Shown piece after piece: positions 29,887 through 39,368 of a stretch of 64,000 nt of DNA. The stretch spans positions 17,436-81,435 of the forward strand of contig CAYIMB010000002.1 of NCBI GenBank assembly GCA_964364425.1, written 5' to 3'. How positions within the stretch are numbered: position 1 is the stretch's first letter; every line of letters begins with the position of its first letter. This stretch comes from an uncultured Gammaproteobacteria bacterium. Its GTDB lineage: Bacteria; Patescibacteriota; Patescibacteriia; UBA9570; JBBTWU01. The position numbers and the translations under genes are program-made. Under the pieces are notes generated by a model. The model saw nothing but the letters and a program-made list of their open reading frames with translations. It was not told the DNA's origin and made no database searches.

Positions 29887-30687
29887 ATGCCAGAAGGGAG
29901 AGATCCGCAAACTCAGGATTTGAAAGCGAAGGCTTTGGCCGAAGGTGTTTTTTGTTTGGTGGAAGAGTTGACCAGAAAAATAGCCCGCAATAGAAACACG
30001 GTGGCCCAGGATGGGCTAAGACAACAAACTGCGTTCCATTTAGAAAAAGTCCGGAAATATGCAATTGGTCCGGAGCGGGAGAAACTCAGCCCTGGAACAG
30101 CACGCCGCTTAACCGGGGAATACATGATGCGGGCTAACCAGTTGGAGGAAGCGTTGCTTGAGGCCGCAGTAGAAGAGAGTCCGGTGACTGGCAAGCTAGC
30201 TACACTCAAAGAAGCCTTCATGCCCATACCACGGAATAAGTTAGTTGAGTTCCAGTCACGGGTGTCCAGGCAGTTATCCAGGTTGCACGGCATAGATGAA
30301 GCCAGGGGAGAGGTGACAGATCCTGCTTTGACTATATTTTTTTATGCTGCAGCCATGAAATACTTGTCCATACCAAACTTTAACGGAGATGAATGGTACG
30401 GTGAAGTGATGAGTCAACGTGCACCCTTGCTGCGTAAGTTGGCTTTGCCGTTGGTGGCGCATGACATGCTTGAGCGGGCCGCTCAAGAACGGGCACGACC
30501 TATGCCCAACTCGGAAGTATTGGACAGCCACCACCACCGAGCAGTCAACGCCTTAGCTGAGCTGATTGAAGTGTGGGGCAAAGACATGCCGGCTGTGGCG
30601 GATAAATATCAGGCGGTGAAAGACACTCTTGACCAAGCACTCAGGAGTCTGACAGAATACTATCGTCAAGAAACCAGACTTCATTAG
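29887..30687 (+). CDS. Hypothetical helical protein
   Basis: 266-aa ORF, TGGTACAGT -10-like box just upstream; no recognised motif. Confidence 0.75.
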   Translation: MPEGRDPQTQDLKAKALAEGVFCLVEELTRKIARNRNTVAQDGLRQQTAFHLEKVRKYAIGPEREKLSPGTARRLTGEYMMRANQLEEALLEAAVEESPVTGKLATLKEAFMPIPRNKLVEFQSRVSRQLSRLHGIDEARGEVTDPALTIFFYAAAMKYLSIPNFNGDEWYGEVMSQRAPLLRKLALPLVAHDMLERAAQERARPMPNSEVLDSHHHRAVNALAELIEVWGKDMPAVADKYQAVKDTLDQALRSLTEYYRQETRLH

Positions 30688-30688
30688 T

Positions 30689-30976
30689 ATGCCAAAATTA
30701 AAATTACCAGCAGATAATCTAGAACTTGATGTGCCAGAGGGCACTAACTTCCGTGAAGCCGTGCAAAACGGCGGCGGAACTATTTTGTTTGGCTGCGAAC
30801 AAGGGGTGTGCGGAACGTGTGTAGTCACGGTTGAAGAGGGGATTACGAATATTACGGATAAAACGGAACAAGAGGAACAGACATTACAAGTATTTTCAGC
30901 TGAAGACAATCAACGCCTGACGTGCCAATGCGCCATGAAAGGCCCGGGAGATGTGAGTATTCGGCCGGCACGCTAG
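30689..30976 (+). CDS. [2Fe-2S] ferredoxin
   Basis: CEQGVCGTC...RLTCQ. Confidence 0.93.
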   Translation: MPKLKLPADNLELDVPEGTNFREAVQNGGGTILFGCEQGVCGTCVVTVEEGITNITDKTEQEEQTLQVFSAEDNQRLTCQCAMKGPGDVSIRPAR

Positions 30977-30994
30977 GTGACTGCGTGAAGAAAG

Positions 30995-31065
30995 AGTGAC
31001 GGAAGCGGGGTCTGCGAAGCAGGGTGATTGAAGCTCCCGTATGAGCAGACCCCCGCTGAGTCACT
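30995..31065 (+). repeat. Structured intergenic repeat, copy 2
   Basis: AGTGAC/GTCACT and GCGGGGTCTGC/GCAGACCCCCGC stems; same core as 3188-3263. Confidence 0.85.
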
Positions 31066-31111
31066 ATTTGGTAATTTGCAAATCGGACTAAATGTGGTAT
31101 GTTCTTTGAGC

Positions 31112-32884
31112 ATGAAACCAAATCATTTGCGTTGGAAAATTGGCGGACAGGCCGGTTACGGCATCATGTCTATAGGTCAAACTATCAGCCGGGCGTTTAG
31201 CCGCGGCGGTTTTTTTGTGGTGGGGTATCCGGAGTATCCTTCCTTGATTCGTGGCGGACACAACACCACGGCCGTACGTATTTCTGAGGACCCAGTGTTT
31301 TCTGTTGACCACAAAGTTGAAGTCTTAGTTGCTTTAAATAAAGAAACAGTTGAGGTGGACTTACCCGAGGTGATTCCAGGTGGTGCAGTGATTTACGACC
31401 CAAGTGACTATACAGAAGATCCAATTAAATTACGTAGTGATGTGTTGTGGGTAGCTATACCAATGACGCAAATTGTGAAAGAACATACAGGTGAGCGCGT
31501 GATGCGGAATATGATTGCTACTGGTGCGACTATGGGTTTGGTGCACTACCCTTTTGAACGTTTGGAAACAGCTATTCGTGAAGGGTTTGCCAAAAAGGGT
31601 GAAGAAGTGATAGCTAAAAATGTGGAGATTGCCCGAATTGGATATGAGACCGCAAAGGAAAGTGCTATTGCCGGAAAATTTCCGTTGACCATGACGCCGG
31701 TTGAAAAGCCGCGGTCACATCTGTTCTTGGGTGGAAACTCTGCTATTGCTTTGGGTGCCTTGTCCGCTGGTGTGCAATTTGTGGCTGGGTACCCCATGAC
31801 ACCTTCTTCTTCTATTTTGATGGACATGGCCAAGGTAGAACAAAGGTATGGAGTGATTTTCAAACAAACTGAAGATGAGTTAGCTGCTATGAACATGATT
31901 TGTGGCGCCGCCTTTGCCGGTGCACGTGCCTTAACCGCCACAAGTGGTGGAGGTTTTAGTTTGATGGTAGAAGCGTTGGGTATGGCCGGCATTATGGAGT
32001 TACCGGTGGTGGTAGTGGAAGGACAACGGCCAGGACCATCAACTGGATTACCTACTTGGACGTCTCAAGGCGACTTACTGTTTGTTATTTCGGCCTCTCA
32101 GGGTGAGTCCCCACGCTTGGTCTTGGCCCCAGGTGATGTCAACGAATGTTACTATGAAACAGCTAAGGTATTTAACTTAGCTGACAAGTATCAGTTGCCG
32201 GTAATTCTGTTGATGGATAAACATATTGGTGAAACGTATGTGTCTGTTGAACCATTTGATCAAAATAAAGTACAGATTGAACGAGGACAACTGCTCAGTC
32301 CGGAACAGGCCTCCAAAATGATGCAGGACAAAGGCTGGACACAGTTTAAGCGGCATGAAGTCACGGATAGTGGAGTTTCTCCGCGGGTGATTCCGGGAAC
32401 ACCCGGTTCTCCGTATATCTGTTCTTCATATGAACATGATGAAACCGGTTGGACTACGGAAGAATCCGACAAAGTGAAAGCGCAATATGATAAACGCATG
32501 CGTAAACTGGAAGGTCTGTTACATGACATCCCGGGTCCAACATGGTTTGGTCCGGAAGATGCGCCACTCACTGTGGTGTGTTGGGGCTCTACTCGTACTG
32601 CGGCTTTGCAGGCTATGGAAGATTTAGCCGCTGATGGAATTATGCTGAATGTTCTTCATTTTACCTACCTCTTTCCGTTTAAAGCCGCGGAAACTATTAC
32701 TGCGCTACAGAAAACCCAGCAGGTGCTAAATGTGGAAGGAAACGCCACGGCGCAATTTGCACAACTCGTACGGACACACACCGGTATAGAATTTGAACAG
32801 CATTTGCTGAAATATGATGGTCGGCCGTTTTTTCCTGAGGATATAGTAAACAAGGTGAAAGACTTGTTGATTAAATCGAAATAA
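31112..32884 (+). CDS. 2-oxoacid:ferredoxin oxidoreductase alpha subunit
   Basis: Start at MKPNH; YPSLIRGGH, GYPMTPSS, TATSGGGFSLM, QRPGPSTGLPT. Confidence 0.95.
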   Translation: MKPNHLRWKIGGQAGYGIMSIGQTISRAFSRGGFFVVGYPEYPSLIRGGHNTTAVRISEDPVFSVDHKVEVLVALNKETVEVDLPEVIPGGAVIYDPSDYTEDPIKLRSDVLWVAIPMTQIVKEHTGERVMRNMIATGATMGLVHYPFERLETAIREGFAKKGEEVIAKNVEIARIGYETAKESAIAGKFPLTMTPVEKPRSHLFLGGNSAIALGALSAGVQFVAGYPMTPSSSILMDMAKVEQRYGVIFKQTEDELAAMNMICGAAFAGARALTATSGGGFSLMVEALGMAGIMELPVVVVEGQRPGPSTGLPTWTSQGDLLFVISASQGESPRLVLAPGDVNECYYETAKVFNLADKYQLPVILLMDKHIGETYVSVEPFDQNKVQIERGQLLSPEQASKMMQDKGWTQFKRHEVTDSGVSPRVIPGTPGSPYICSSYEHDETGWTTEESDKVKAQYDKRMRKLEGLLHDIPGPTWFGPEDAPLTVVCWGSTRTAALQAMEDLAADGIMLNVLHFTYLFPFKAAETITALQKTQQVLNVEGNATAQFAQLVRTHTGIEFEQHLLKYDGRPFFPEDIVNKVKDLLIKSK

Positions 32885-32891
32885 AACAGAT

Positions 32892-33749
32892 ATGAAACCT
32901 TTAGATTACAACCAATCAGAACATGAGATCCAGTGGTGCCCGGGGTGCGGGGATTTTGGAATTTTGCTTGCGGCCAAAAATGCGTATGCCAATCTAGGCT
33001 TGAAACCGGAAAATATTGTGATGGTTTCAGGCATTGGATGTTCTGGAAAAATTCCACACTATGTGAAGACGTATGGGTTTGAGGGATTGCATGGGCGCGC
33101 TCTCCCGCCGGCGCAGGCCATAAAGTTGGTGAATAATGAATTAGAGGTTGTAGTGTTTGCCGGAGATGGTGATGGCTATGGTATTGGCATGGGGCACTTC
33201 ATCCACTCTATGCGCCGGAATATGGATATGTTGTACGTGGTGCATAACAACCAAGTGTATGGATTAACTAAGGGGCAAGCTTCGCCAACCACAGAAGTTG
33301 GCGCCAAAACAAGCTCTACGCCAAAAGGAGTGATTGAAGCACCTATCAATCCATTGCTCTTGGCTCTCTCCAGTAATGCCACCTGGATTGGTCGGGGATT
33401 TGCCGGAGACATTAAACACCTCACGTCTTTGATTGAGCAGGGGATTGCGCATAAAGGCTTTGCCTTGCTGGATGTGTTTCAGCCCTGTGTCACGTATAAC
33501 AAAATAAACACTTTCCAGTTTTTTCAACAGCGGGTGTATAAATTAGAGGAAGAGAAAGCATACGACCCAACCAACAAGTTGATGGCGTTTGAACGTATGC
33601 AGGAATGGGGAGAGAAAATACCAATTGGTGTCTTGTATAAAGAAGACAGACCTACGTATGAAGACCAGTTACCTCAACTCGCAAGCGGTCCCCTGATCAA
33701 ACAAAATCCAAAACGTGATATTTCTGAACTACTAAAAGCCTTTGCTTAA
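32892..33749 (+). CDS. 2-oxoacid:ferredoxin oxidoreductase beta subunit
   Basis: WCPGCGD, SGIGCS, GDGD TPP motif, YGLTKGQASPT. Confidence 0.96.
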   Translation: MKPLDYNQSEHEIQWCPGCGDFGILLAAKNAYANLGLKPENIVMVSGIGCSGKIPHYVKTYGFEGLHGRALPPAQAIKLVNNELEVVVFAGDGDGYGIGMGHFIHSMRRNMDMLYVVHNNQVYGLTKGQASPTTEVGAKTSSTPKGVIEAPINPLLLALSSNATWIGRGFAGDIKHLTSLIEQGIAHKGFALLDVFQPCVTYNKINTFQFFQQRVYKLEEEKAYDPTNKLMAFERMQEWGEKIPIGVLYKEDRPTYEDQLPQLASGPLIKQNPKRDISELLKAFA

Positions 33750-33753
33750 ACAT

Positions 33754-35010
33754 ATGGCTGGTGGACAAGAAAGAACCATTCCTATGCCAAAAAAGTCGGC
33801 AACAAGCTCCGGTGAACAGGCGGTCATGCCAGTTATACGGAAGCCGTCACCACCGCCTGAACCATCACCCAGTCCGCGGAGTATAGAAGCAAGAAGGCAA
33901 ATGACCTCAGAAGAAGTGGAGGCGCTCAATCTGTTTGTGTCACGCTTAACGGAAAGTTCTGCAGCTGTTGAATCTGTGCGTGATCAAAGACGTTTGTTAT
34001 TTGATATAGGCAACGAATTAAAACGGCTAAAACCTGATAGCGCACAAGCTGCGGAGGCGTTGACGCAGATGAAAGGATTTCAAATCGAACTAGGTGGTCA
34101 TATGTATGTGGTTGAAGAATATTTGACCCGAGGCGCATTTGGAGCGACCTTTGTGGTGAGTGACTCTACAACGCAAGAAAAAGATGTGTTGAAGCTGTCA
34201 TTACCGTTTGACCGGACAGAAATGTTCGTTAAACCAGGCGCTTCTGTTAGAGATGTCCAGAAGGCTGAGGGGGTTCGTAATACCATTATGGAAGCCGCAG
34301 CCTTATCTCGTTTGTCACAGTATGACGTTCCTCCAGGTAAACCCAGACAGTGGCTTGAGCGCAAAGGCCCATTTCCTCCTTTTCCACTATTGAAGGCCGC
34401 TCAGTTTATTCCTCATCCGGATGATCCAGACAGAAGGAATCCAAGTCTACGGATTCAAGCCTTAGTGATGGAACGGATTGAAGGCAAAAGGTTGGATCAG
34501 TTTGTCCAACGACAGAATTTGGCCGCAGATGCTGAAGTCTTGAAACGGTTTGTGCGTGAGTTGCTGCAAGCTCTTCAGTATCTGCACCGCAGAGGAATTT
34601 TCCATAGTGACCTCAAACTTTCCAACATTATGGTAGATCAAGACTTGCACCCATATTTGATTGATTTTGGTTCAGCTACAGTGGCGGTTATAGAGGCTAA
34701 ACAACGTAAAAGCGGAACTGGAAAAGTCGTCTACGGTATAGTTGACAACATCTTTGCATCCAAAGACTACACTACCGGTTTTGAATACCCTTCAGCCCCA
34801 AGAGATGTGTATGCCTTAGGCGTGACTTTGAGAAAGATTATCCAAGGAAATCGTCTGAGAAGAAAGACGGATGAGTCTGAAAAAAGACACACAATTATAC
34901 CTTTGGTGGCTCAGCGGATAGGTGAAATGGCTGAGTTGATGGTGAAAACTGACCCAGCTGAACGTCCTACCATTGGGCAGCTGTTGAAGCAGCTTGAGTC
35001 TCTTGATTGA
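33754..35010 (+). CDS. Soluble Hanks-type Ser/Thr protein kinase
   Basis: LTRGAFG, VLKLS, HSDLKLSNI, DFG, DVYALG, RPT; start ATG uncertain (33754 or 33784). Confidence 0.88.
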   Translation: MAGGQERTIPMPKKSATSSGEQAVMPVIRKPSPPPEPSPSPRSIEARRQMTSEEVEALNLFVSRLTESSAAVESVRDQRRLLFDIGNELKRLKPDSAQAAEALTQMKGFQIELGGHMYVVEEYLTRGAFGATFVVSDSTTQEKDVLKLSLPFDRTEMFVKPGASVRDVQKAEGVRNTIMEAAALSRLSQYDVPPGKPRQWLERKGPFPPFPLLKAAQFIPHPDDPDRRNPSLRIQALVMERIEGKRLDQFVQRQNLAADAEVLKRFVRELLQALQYLHRRGIFHSDLKLSNIMVDQDLHPYLIDFGSATVAVIEAKQRKSGTGKVVYGIVDNIFASKDYTTGFEYPSAPRDVYALGVTLRKIIQGNRLRRKTDESEKRHTIIPLVAQRIGEMAELMVKTDPAERPTIGQLLKQLESLD

Positions 35011-35048
35011 TGTACGCCCGTTGCCTTTTTCTGGTATACTAAAGTGGT

Positions 35049-35165
35049 ATGAAAGTAGTGCAACTGACGGTATGGCGCATAGCAAAACTAGCTACAGGAA
35101 CCATTCTGGGCATGGTTATCTTTGCCATTTTGCTACTCATTGGATTTGTCGTCTGGACTTTGTAG
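35049..35165 (+). CDS. 38-aa single-pass membrane peptide (not in the ORF track)
   Basis: MKVVQLTVWRIAKLATGTILGMVIFAILLLIGFVVWTL*; TATACT 8 nt upstream; ends 1 nt before the ATPase ATG. Confidence 0.55.
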   Translation: MKVVQLTVWRIAKLATGTILGMVIFAILLLIGFVVWTL

Positions 35166-35166
35166 T

Positions 35167-37761
35167 ATGGAAAAGCTGACAGGCTTAACGCAGGCTGAGG
35201 CTGAGGGCAGGTTGTTGACGTATGGAAGGAACCGGCTGCCGGAAGAAAAAAAGGATCACTGGTGGTTGATTTTGTTGCGCCAGATCAACAGCGCCATGGT
35301 GTACGTATTGTTAGTGGCTTCAGTCGTGTCATTTGCCTTGGGGGATACGGTTGACGCCGGAGTGATCTTAGCTGCGGTGATTCTGAATGTGGGCGTGGGT
35401 TTTGCTCAGGAGTTTAAGGCTGAGCAGTCTTTGAATCGCCTGAAGACCCTGGTGGCAAAGATGGCCTTGGTGCTCAGACAGGGTAAGGAGAAATTGGTTA
35501 TTGCAGAAGAAATTGTTCCGGGGGATGTGTTGTTGCTCCGGGCTGGTGACCACGTGTCGGCTGATGCGCAGGTGATGTGGGCTGAGGCTTTTGAAGTTTT
35601 GGAGTCAGCGCTCACCGGTGAGTCTGAAGCCGTAGAAAAAAATACCAACCCAGTGGCTGAGACTGCCCCCCTGGGTGATAGGACCAATATGCTGTTTGCC
35701 GGCACAAGCGTAGTGAATGGACAGGGGAGGGCGCTAGTTACGGCTACGGGCGCTCAGACTGAACTAGGTAAGATTGCCAGCGCTTTACGTGAAACTTCTG
35801 AACGTCCAACTCCGTTGCAAAAACAGTTAAATCGATTTTCCCGCTTCTTGGCCGCCGTGATTGGGTTGTTAACCCTAGTTTTGTTTATTGTTGGCATAGT
35901 GGTTGGCCGGCCGTTGATAGAAACATTTACTTTAGCCGTAGCTATTGCCGTCAGCGCTTTGCCTGAAGGGTTGATTATAGGAGTCACGGTTATTTTAGCC
36001 ATAGGCATGAAGCGTATCTTGCAACACAAGGGCTTGGTACGCCGACTAGCTTCAGCTGAGACGCTTGGTTCCGTGACCGTGATTTGTACAGATAAAACCG
36101 GAACATTGACTGAAGGGAAAATGCGCGTAGACCATTGGGTTACTTGGGATCATGCCCTAAAGTTTCACCGTGAACATCCGGAGAAAGAGCTAGCTGAACT
36201 GTTCATGGTTATCACCATTGGTTTGCTCAATAATGATGCCAAGGTATTAAACCCTGAAGAAGAAGCGGAACATTGGGAAATTACTGGTAACTTAACTGAG
36301 CGGGCGTTATTGTTTGCCGGAGCAACGCTTGGGCTAGATCACCAGAAATTACAGGAGGAACATCCACGCGTGCATGCCGTCCCGTTCAACTCCACCAGTA
36401 AAATTATGGCTACGCTCCATACTACACCGGAGCATAAACGGAAGTTGTACGTCAAAGGAGCGCCGGAGCGAGTGTTGGACATGTGCAGCAATATCTATGT
36501 GAATGGAAAGTCAGTGGTGATGACCAAACAGCATAGAACACGTTTGACGGAAGATTTTTCCAACATGAGCATGCAAGGGTTGCGCGTGTTGGCCTTGGCT
36601 TATGCAGACCTACCTAAATCCGTTGAAAAGGTCACAGATGAAACTTTTGCTGATTTGGTGTTTGCCGGATTTTTAGGCATTAAAGACGGCTTACGTCCAG
36701 AAGCAAAATCCGCTCTGCAAGCGTGTGAAAAAGCTGGAATTACAGTCAAAATGATCACCGGAGACCACAGACTCACCGCTCAGGCCATAGCCCAAGAGCT
36801 AGGACTTCCCGCCGGCCAATCCCAGATCATTGACGGGGCTGAACTGGCTCAACTGAGTGAACCAAATTTGGTCAAACGAATTTTAGGTATTTCAGTCTTT
36901 GCCCGCGTCTCTCCGCAAGATAAGTTTCGGATTGTGAAAGCTTTGCAAAAGGCCGGCCAGGTGGTGGCCATGACCGGTGATGGCGTGAATGACGCTCCGG
37001 CGCTGAAAGCTTCTGATATAGGCGTGGCCTTGGGCAGCGGAACGGACGTAGCTAAAGATGCGGCTGATTTGATTATTTTGGATGATAATTTTCAAACTAT
37101 TGTCACCGCCGTCAGAGAAGGTCGGGTGATTTTTGATAACATCAAAAAGTCAGTCTTATATTTGGTCTCAGCTTCCTTTAGTGAAATTGTATTAGTCGCT
37201 TTGTCTATTCTGGTTGGACTTCCAGTCCCTTTAACAGCGGTTCAAATTTTATGGATTAACTTGGTGACGGATACCTTCCCTAATTTAGCCCTGACTCAAG
37301 AACCGCAGGAAAGCCAAGTCATGAATGAACCACCTCGTTCACCCAAAACTCGGATTGTGAACAAAGACTTAGCCAAAATGACTGCCCTTGTCTCCGGTGT
37401 GAGTGGTTTATCCTGCCTAGGTCTGTTTGTGCTGGCACTGTATAGTAGTGATTCAACTGATTACGCCCGCACCATTACCTTCGCTGCATTAAGTCTGGAA
37501 TCTTTACTCTTTGCGTTTTCCGTGAAGTCGCTCAGACTGCCCATTTGGAAATCGTCCTTTTTTAATAATAAGAGCCTACTGCTAGCTGTCGGTGTGGGCG
37601 TTCTCATTATTGTTTTGGCCACCACACTTGTTCCGTTGCAACGCATCCTGCATACTACCTCCATAGGAGCAGTGGAATGGGGGATGATTGCGGGTATTTC
37701 AATTCTAGCCCTAGGTTTAATAGAGGCACTCAAAATGATTTTTATTAAAAGACGCACATGA
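35167..37761 (+). CDS. Cation-transporting P-type ATPase (type IIA-like)
   Basis: Start at MEKLTG; TGES, PEGL, DKTGTLT, KGAPE, TGDGVNDAPAL. Confidence 0.96.
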   Translation: MEKLTGLTQAEAEGRLLTYGRNRLPEEKKDHWWLILLRQINSAMVYVLLVASVVSFALGDTVDAGVILAAVILNVGVGFAQEFKAEQSLNRLKTLVAKMALVLRQGKEKLVIAEEIVPGDVLLLRAGDHVSADAQVMWAEAFEVLESALTGESEAVEKNTNPVAETAPLGDRTNMLFAGTSVVNGQGRALVTATGAQTELGKIASALRETSERPTPLQKQLNRFSRFLAAVIGLLTLVLFIVGIVVGRPLIETFTLAVAIAVSALPEGLIIGVTVILAIGMKRILQHKGLVRRLASAETLGSVTVICTDKTGTLTEGKMRVDHWVTWDHALKFHREHPEKELAELFMVITIGLLNNDAKVLNPEEEAEHWEITGNLTERALLFAGATLGLDHQKLQEEHPRVHAVPFNSTSKIMATLHTTPEHKRKLYVKGAPERVLDMCSNIYVNGKSVVMTKQHRTRLTEDFSNMSMQGLRVLALAYADLPKSVEKVTDETFADLVFAGFLGIKDGLRPEAKSALQACEKAGITVKMITGDHRLTAQAIAQELGLPAGQSQIIDGAELAQLSEPNLVKRILGISVFARVSPQDKFRIVKALQKAGQVVAMTGDGVNDAPALKASDIGVALGSGTDVAKDAADLIILDDNFQTIVTAVREGRVIFDNIKKSVLYLVSASFSEIVLVALSILVGLPVPLTAVQILWINLVTDTFPNLALTQEPQESQVMNEPPRSPKTRIVNKDLAKMTALVSGVSGLSCLGLFVLALYSSDSTDYARTITFAALSLESLLFAFSVKSLRLPIWKSSFFNNKSLLLAVGVGVLIIVLATTLVPLQRILHTTSIGAVEWGMIAGISILALGLIEALKMIFIKRRT

Positions 37762-38483
37762 CTCCGGAACAATTAATCAAAATGAAGACCCAGCTGCAAA
37801 CTGAAGTGGAAGAATGGGAGAAAAAGTTGCATGGGGTGATTCAAAAACAAAAAGAAGAAAAGCATGCGGAGAAGTTGGCACAGCTCATTTTACAGTATGA
37901 TCAGATTGAGCGAGAGATTGAAGACCGCTCGCATGTGTTTTCTGTGTTGAGTCAGCCGGAAGAGGCGCTGAATAGTCCTTACATAAAATCAGAATGGTAT
38001 TCATATATTGAAGCGGCGGAAACTGCTTCCCCAGAATTAGTGGATGCGGTGATGGACAGATTTGCCGTGGCCATCCGCCAAAGCATCACGTCTGGTGAAG
38101 ATGACACAGTCGATTTGATTCAGGCGGAGTATAAAGAATATTTGTTTCTAGGGCAGATTTTGTCCGGTCACTTTGAACGTGTGGATGGTCTGGTGATGGA
38201 GATGAATGCGGCTATTCTGAAGTTAGATCCGGCCTATGATGCTAAGCAATCTTCCGCTGCCGTGTTTTACGCTTTTCAAAAAGCTATTGATTCAAATGTA
38301 CGCATAGAACCTATTGCCGAAGCGGTGAAAGCGGGCACAGTGAAAAATTTGACGGTTGATCAGCGTAACCAACTTCTAGATAAATTAGAAGAACGAGCTG
38401 CGGTATTACGTTTTGAAATTACACGAAAACAAAACGTGGCTATGGAAAAGGCTGTGGAAAGATTAGAGAGCCAAGAGAAGTAA
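37758..38483 (+). CDS. Hypothetical coiled-coil protein
   Basis: 241-aa ORF with ATGA overlap to the ATPase. Confidence 0.75.
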   Translation: MTPEQLIKMKTQLQTEVEEWEKKLHGVIQKQKEEKHAEKLAQLILQYDQIEREIEDRSHVFSVLSQPEEALNSPYIKSEWYSYIEAAETASPELVDAVMDRFAVAIRQSITSGEDDTVDLIQAEYKEYLFLGQILSGHFERVDGLVMEMNAAILKLDPAYDAKQSSAAVFYAFQKAIDSNVRIEPIAEAVKAGTVKNLTVDQRNQLLDKLEERAAVLRFEITRKQNVAMEKAVERLESQEK

Positions 38484-38646
38484 CATTTTAATACCAAGCT
38501 ACCTGTACACGCCCTTGCTTTTTTCCCTAAAAATAGAGTATATTTCTGTGTTCCCAAAGCCCTTTTGTTTGATGTAGCCATAAGTGCAGGATTAAAGTTA
38601 ATTTCCTGCCTTTCTGGCTACACCCATCACAAAAAGGAGGTGAGCG

Positions 38647-39093
38647 ATGCTGGCGACTGCACTGCCAACTGTGACCCTGAAGCCCCCCGCGGGTTTCGTC
38701 CACGATCAGCGTTCCCAGGGCTGGGAGCTCCTAGAAGAAGGCCCGAAGGTCGAAGGAGAGCCCATCCTGGACTTTCTAGGCTTCCTGCGGGAAGGCGAGA
38801 CCTACATCAACGGTGAGACCGTCCTTGCCCGCGCCCTCGAGATGGAAGGGACCGAGAGCGGTCAGCACCACCTCGAGCGGCTGCTCGCCCAGGCCGCCAG
38901 CATCCCCGCGGAGCTGCGCTCGTTCTACCTCGTCGCCACCGGCACCAAGTGGCGGTACCCCGACGGTTACGTGTGCGTCCCGTACCTGCGCTTCGTCGGC
39001 GGCCAGTGGGTCCTGCTCTTCTACGGGGTCGGCAACGACCGCTGGAGCGTCGGCGATCGGGTCGTCCGCGTCTGCAAGCAGCCTGGGTCCTAG
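38647..39093 (+). CDS. High-GC3 protein resembling a DGR target, paralog of 50966..51400
   Basis: SD AAGGAGGTG; GTKWRYPDG..CVPYL...W.L.F....W...RVVRVCK; C-terminal region rich in NNC codons. Confidence 0.8.
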   Translation: MLATALPTVTLKPPAGFVHDQRSQGWELLEEGPKVEGEPILDFLGFLREGETYINGETVLARALEMEGTESGQHHLERLLAQAASIPAELRSFYLVATGTKWRYPDGYVCVPYLRFVGGQWVLLFYGVGNDRWSVGDRVVRVCKQPGS

Positions 39094-39368
39094 GGTCTTC
39101 GGAGCCATGGAACTTTTGTTCCCTTTGGCTGCACGGGTCCCTTGGGTCCGTTCCGGCCGTTTTGCACATTCAACGCCCCTGTTTCGGAGGAACCTCTCCT
39201 GCGAGGTTCTTCTGGACAGGGGTGTTGTGTTTTCAGGGGGGCTTTGCTACTTGGTGCAACAGACTGGTGGTGATACTGATGGGGAATCCCGCCTTGGTAA
39301 ATCGATTTACAAGTAAGGAAACGGCTTTAACTAGACAAACTACGGCAAAATAGGCAGAATATGCAGGT

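Noticed and set aside
31028-31111. Upstream ORF extensions starting inside the structured repeat (also 3220..3333)
   Set aside because: These starts fall within the repeat; better ATGs with adjacent -10-like boxes exist at 31112 and 3334.
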